A stretch of 64,000 nt of DNA from Leucoraja erinacea (taxonomy: Eukaryota). Of the stretch, positions 63,120 through 64,000 are shown piece by piece. The translations under genes were made by a program, and so were the position numbers. Numbering within the stretch: position 1 is the stretch's first letter; each line of letters opens with the position of its first letter. The notes beneath the pieces are model-generated. The model ran no database searches, was not told where the DNA came from, and saw only the letters and a list, made by a program, of their open reading frames with translations. Where the stretch lies: the NCBI RefSeq assembly GCF_028641065.1, contig NC_073378.1:137454001-137518000 (forward strand). The letters are read 5' to 3'.

Positions 63120-64000
63120 GAGGGAACTGCAGATGCTGGAGAATCGAAGGTTACACAAAAAAGCTGGAGAAACTCAGCGGGTGCAGCAGCATCTATGGAG
63201 CGAAGGAAATAGGCAACGTTTCGGGCCGAAACCCTTCTTCAGACTGATCGGGGGCGGGGGTGGGTGGGGACAAGAAAGGGAAAAGGAGGAGTAGCCCGAA
63301 GGCTGGGGGATGGGAGGAGACAGCAGGGGGGCTGAGGGAGGGTAGGAGACAGCAAGGACTAACAAAATTGGGAGAATTCGATGTTCATGCCCCCGGGGTG
63401 CAGACTCCCCAAACGGAATATGAGGTGCTGTTCCTCCAATTTCCGGTGCTGCTCGCTGTGGCCATGGAGGAGACCCAGGACAGAGAGGTCGGAGACGGAG
63501 TGGGAGGGGGAGTTGAAGTGCTGAGCCACCGGGAGGTCAGCTTGGTTATTGCGGACCGAGCGGAGGTGTTCGGCGAAACGATCGCCCAACCTCCGCTTGG
63601 TCTCACCGATATAGATCTGCTGACATCTAGAGCAGCGGACGCAATAGATGAGGTTGGAAGAGATGCAGGTAAACCTCTGTCGCACCTGGAACGATTGCTT
63701 GGGTCCTTGAACGGAGTCGAGGGGGGAGGTAAGGGGACAAGTGTTGCATCTCTTGCGGTTGCAAGGGAAAGTGCCCGGGGAGGGGGTGGACCGAGAGGGA
63801 AGGGAAGAATTGACAAGGGAGTTATGGAGGGAGCGGTCTTTGCGGAAGGCAGATATGGGGGGAGATGGGAAGATGTGGCGAGTAGTGGGGTCACGTTGGA
63901 GGTGGCGAAACTGACGGAGGATTACTTTTTGTATGTGACGGCTGGTGGGGTGAAAGGTGAGGACTAGGGGGACTCGGCCCTTGTTGCGGGTGCGGGGATG
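63120..64000 (-). mobile_element. Penelope-like retroelement 3' portion (GIY-YIG), runs off the window
   Basis: ORF 63359-63685 (FTCISSNLIYCVRCSRCQQIYIGETKRRLGDRFAEHLRS...) plus the same 3' terminal sequence as the 48 kb copy. Confidence 0.92.

Overview
Vertebrate genomic DNA, most likely a cartilaginous fish such as a skate or ray (inferred from the HE1/V-SINE, CR1 and Penelope repeat mix), with several N-gaps. The whole window lies in the 5' part of the plectin gene (PLEC) on the minus strand. By reading splice sites and phases I recover five alternative coding first exons in the mammalian order: 1 (S10 domain), 1d, 1b, 1g and 1a. I also recover constitutive actin-binding-domain exons 2-7 and both alternative micro-exons, 2alpha (HWRVE) and 3alpha (RKERDAMKSLRL). 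Most of these are invisible or mis-framed in the ORF track. The most interesting candidate novelty is an ATG-initiated, polybasic exon inside intron 6 (5385-5554) whose phase-2 donor fits exon 7. It predicts a plectin isoform lacking CH1 and most of CH2, with an NLS-like N-terminus. Introns are packed with CR1, L1/Tx1, Rex1/L2 and Penelope retroelements (the last carrying hammerhead-ribozyme-like cores), a Tc1 transposon, a hAT-like element with a 5-bp TSD, and many minisatellites. Comparisons to mammalian plectin are from memory, not from a database search.
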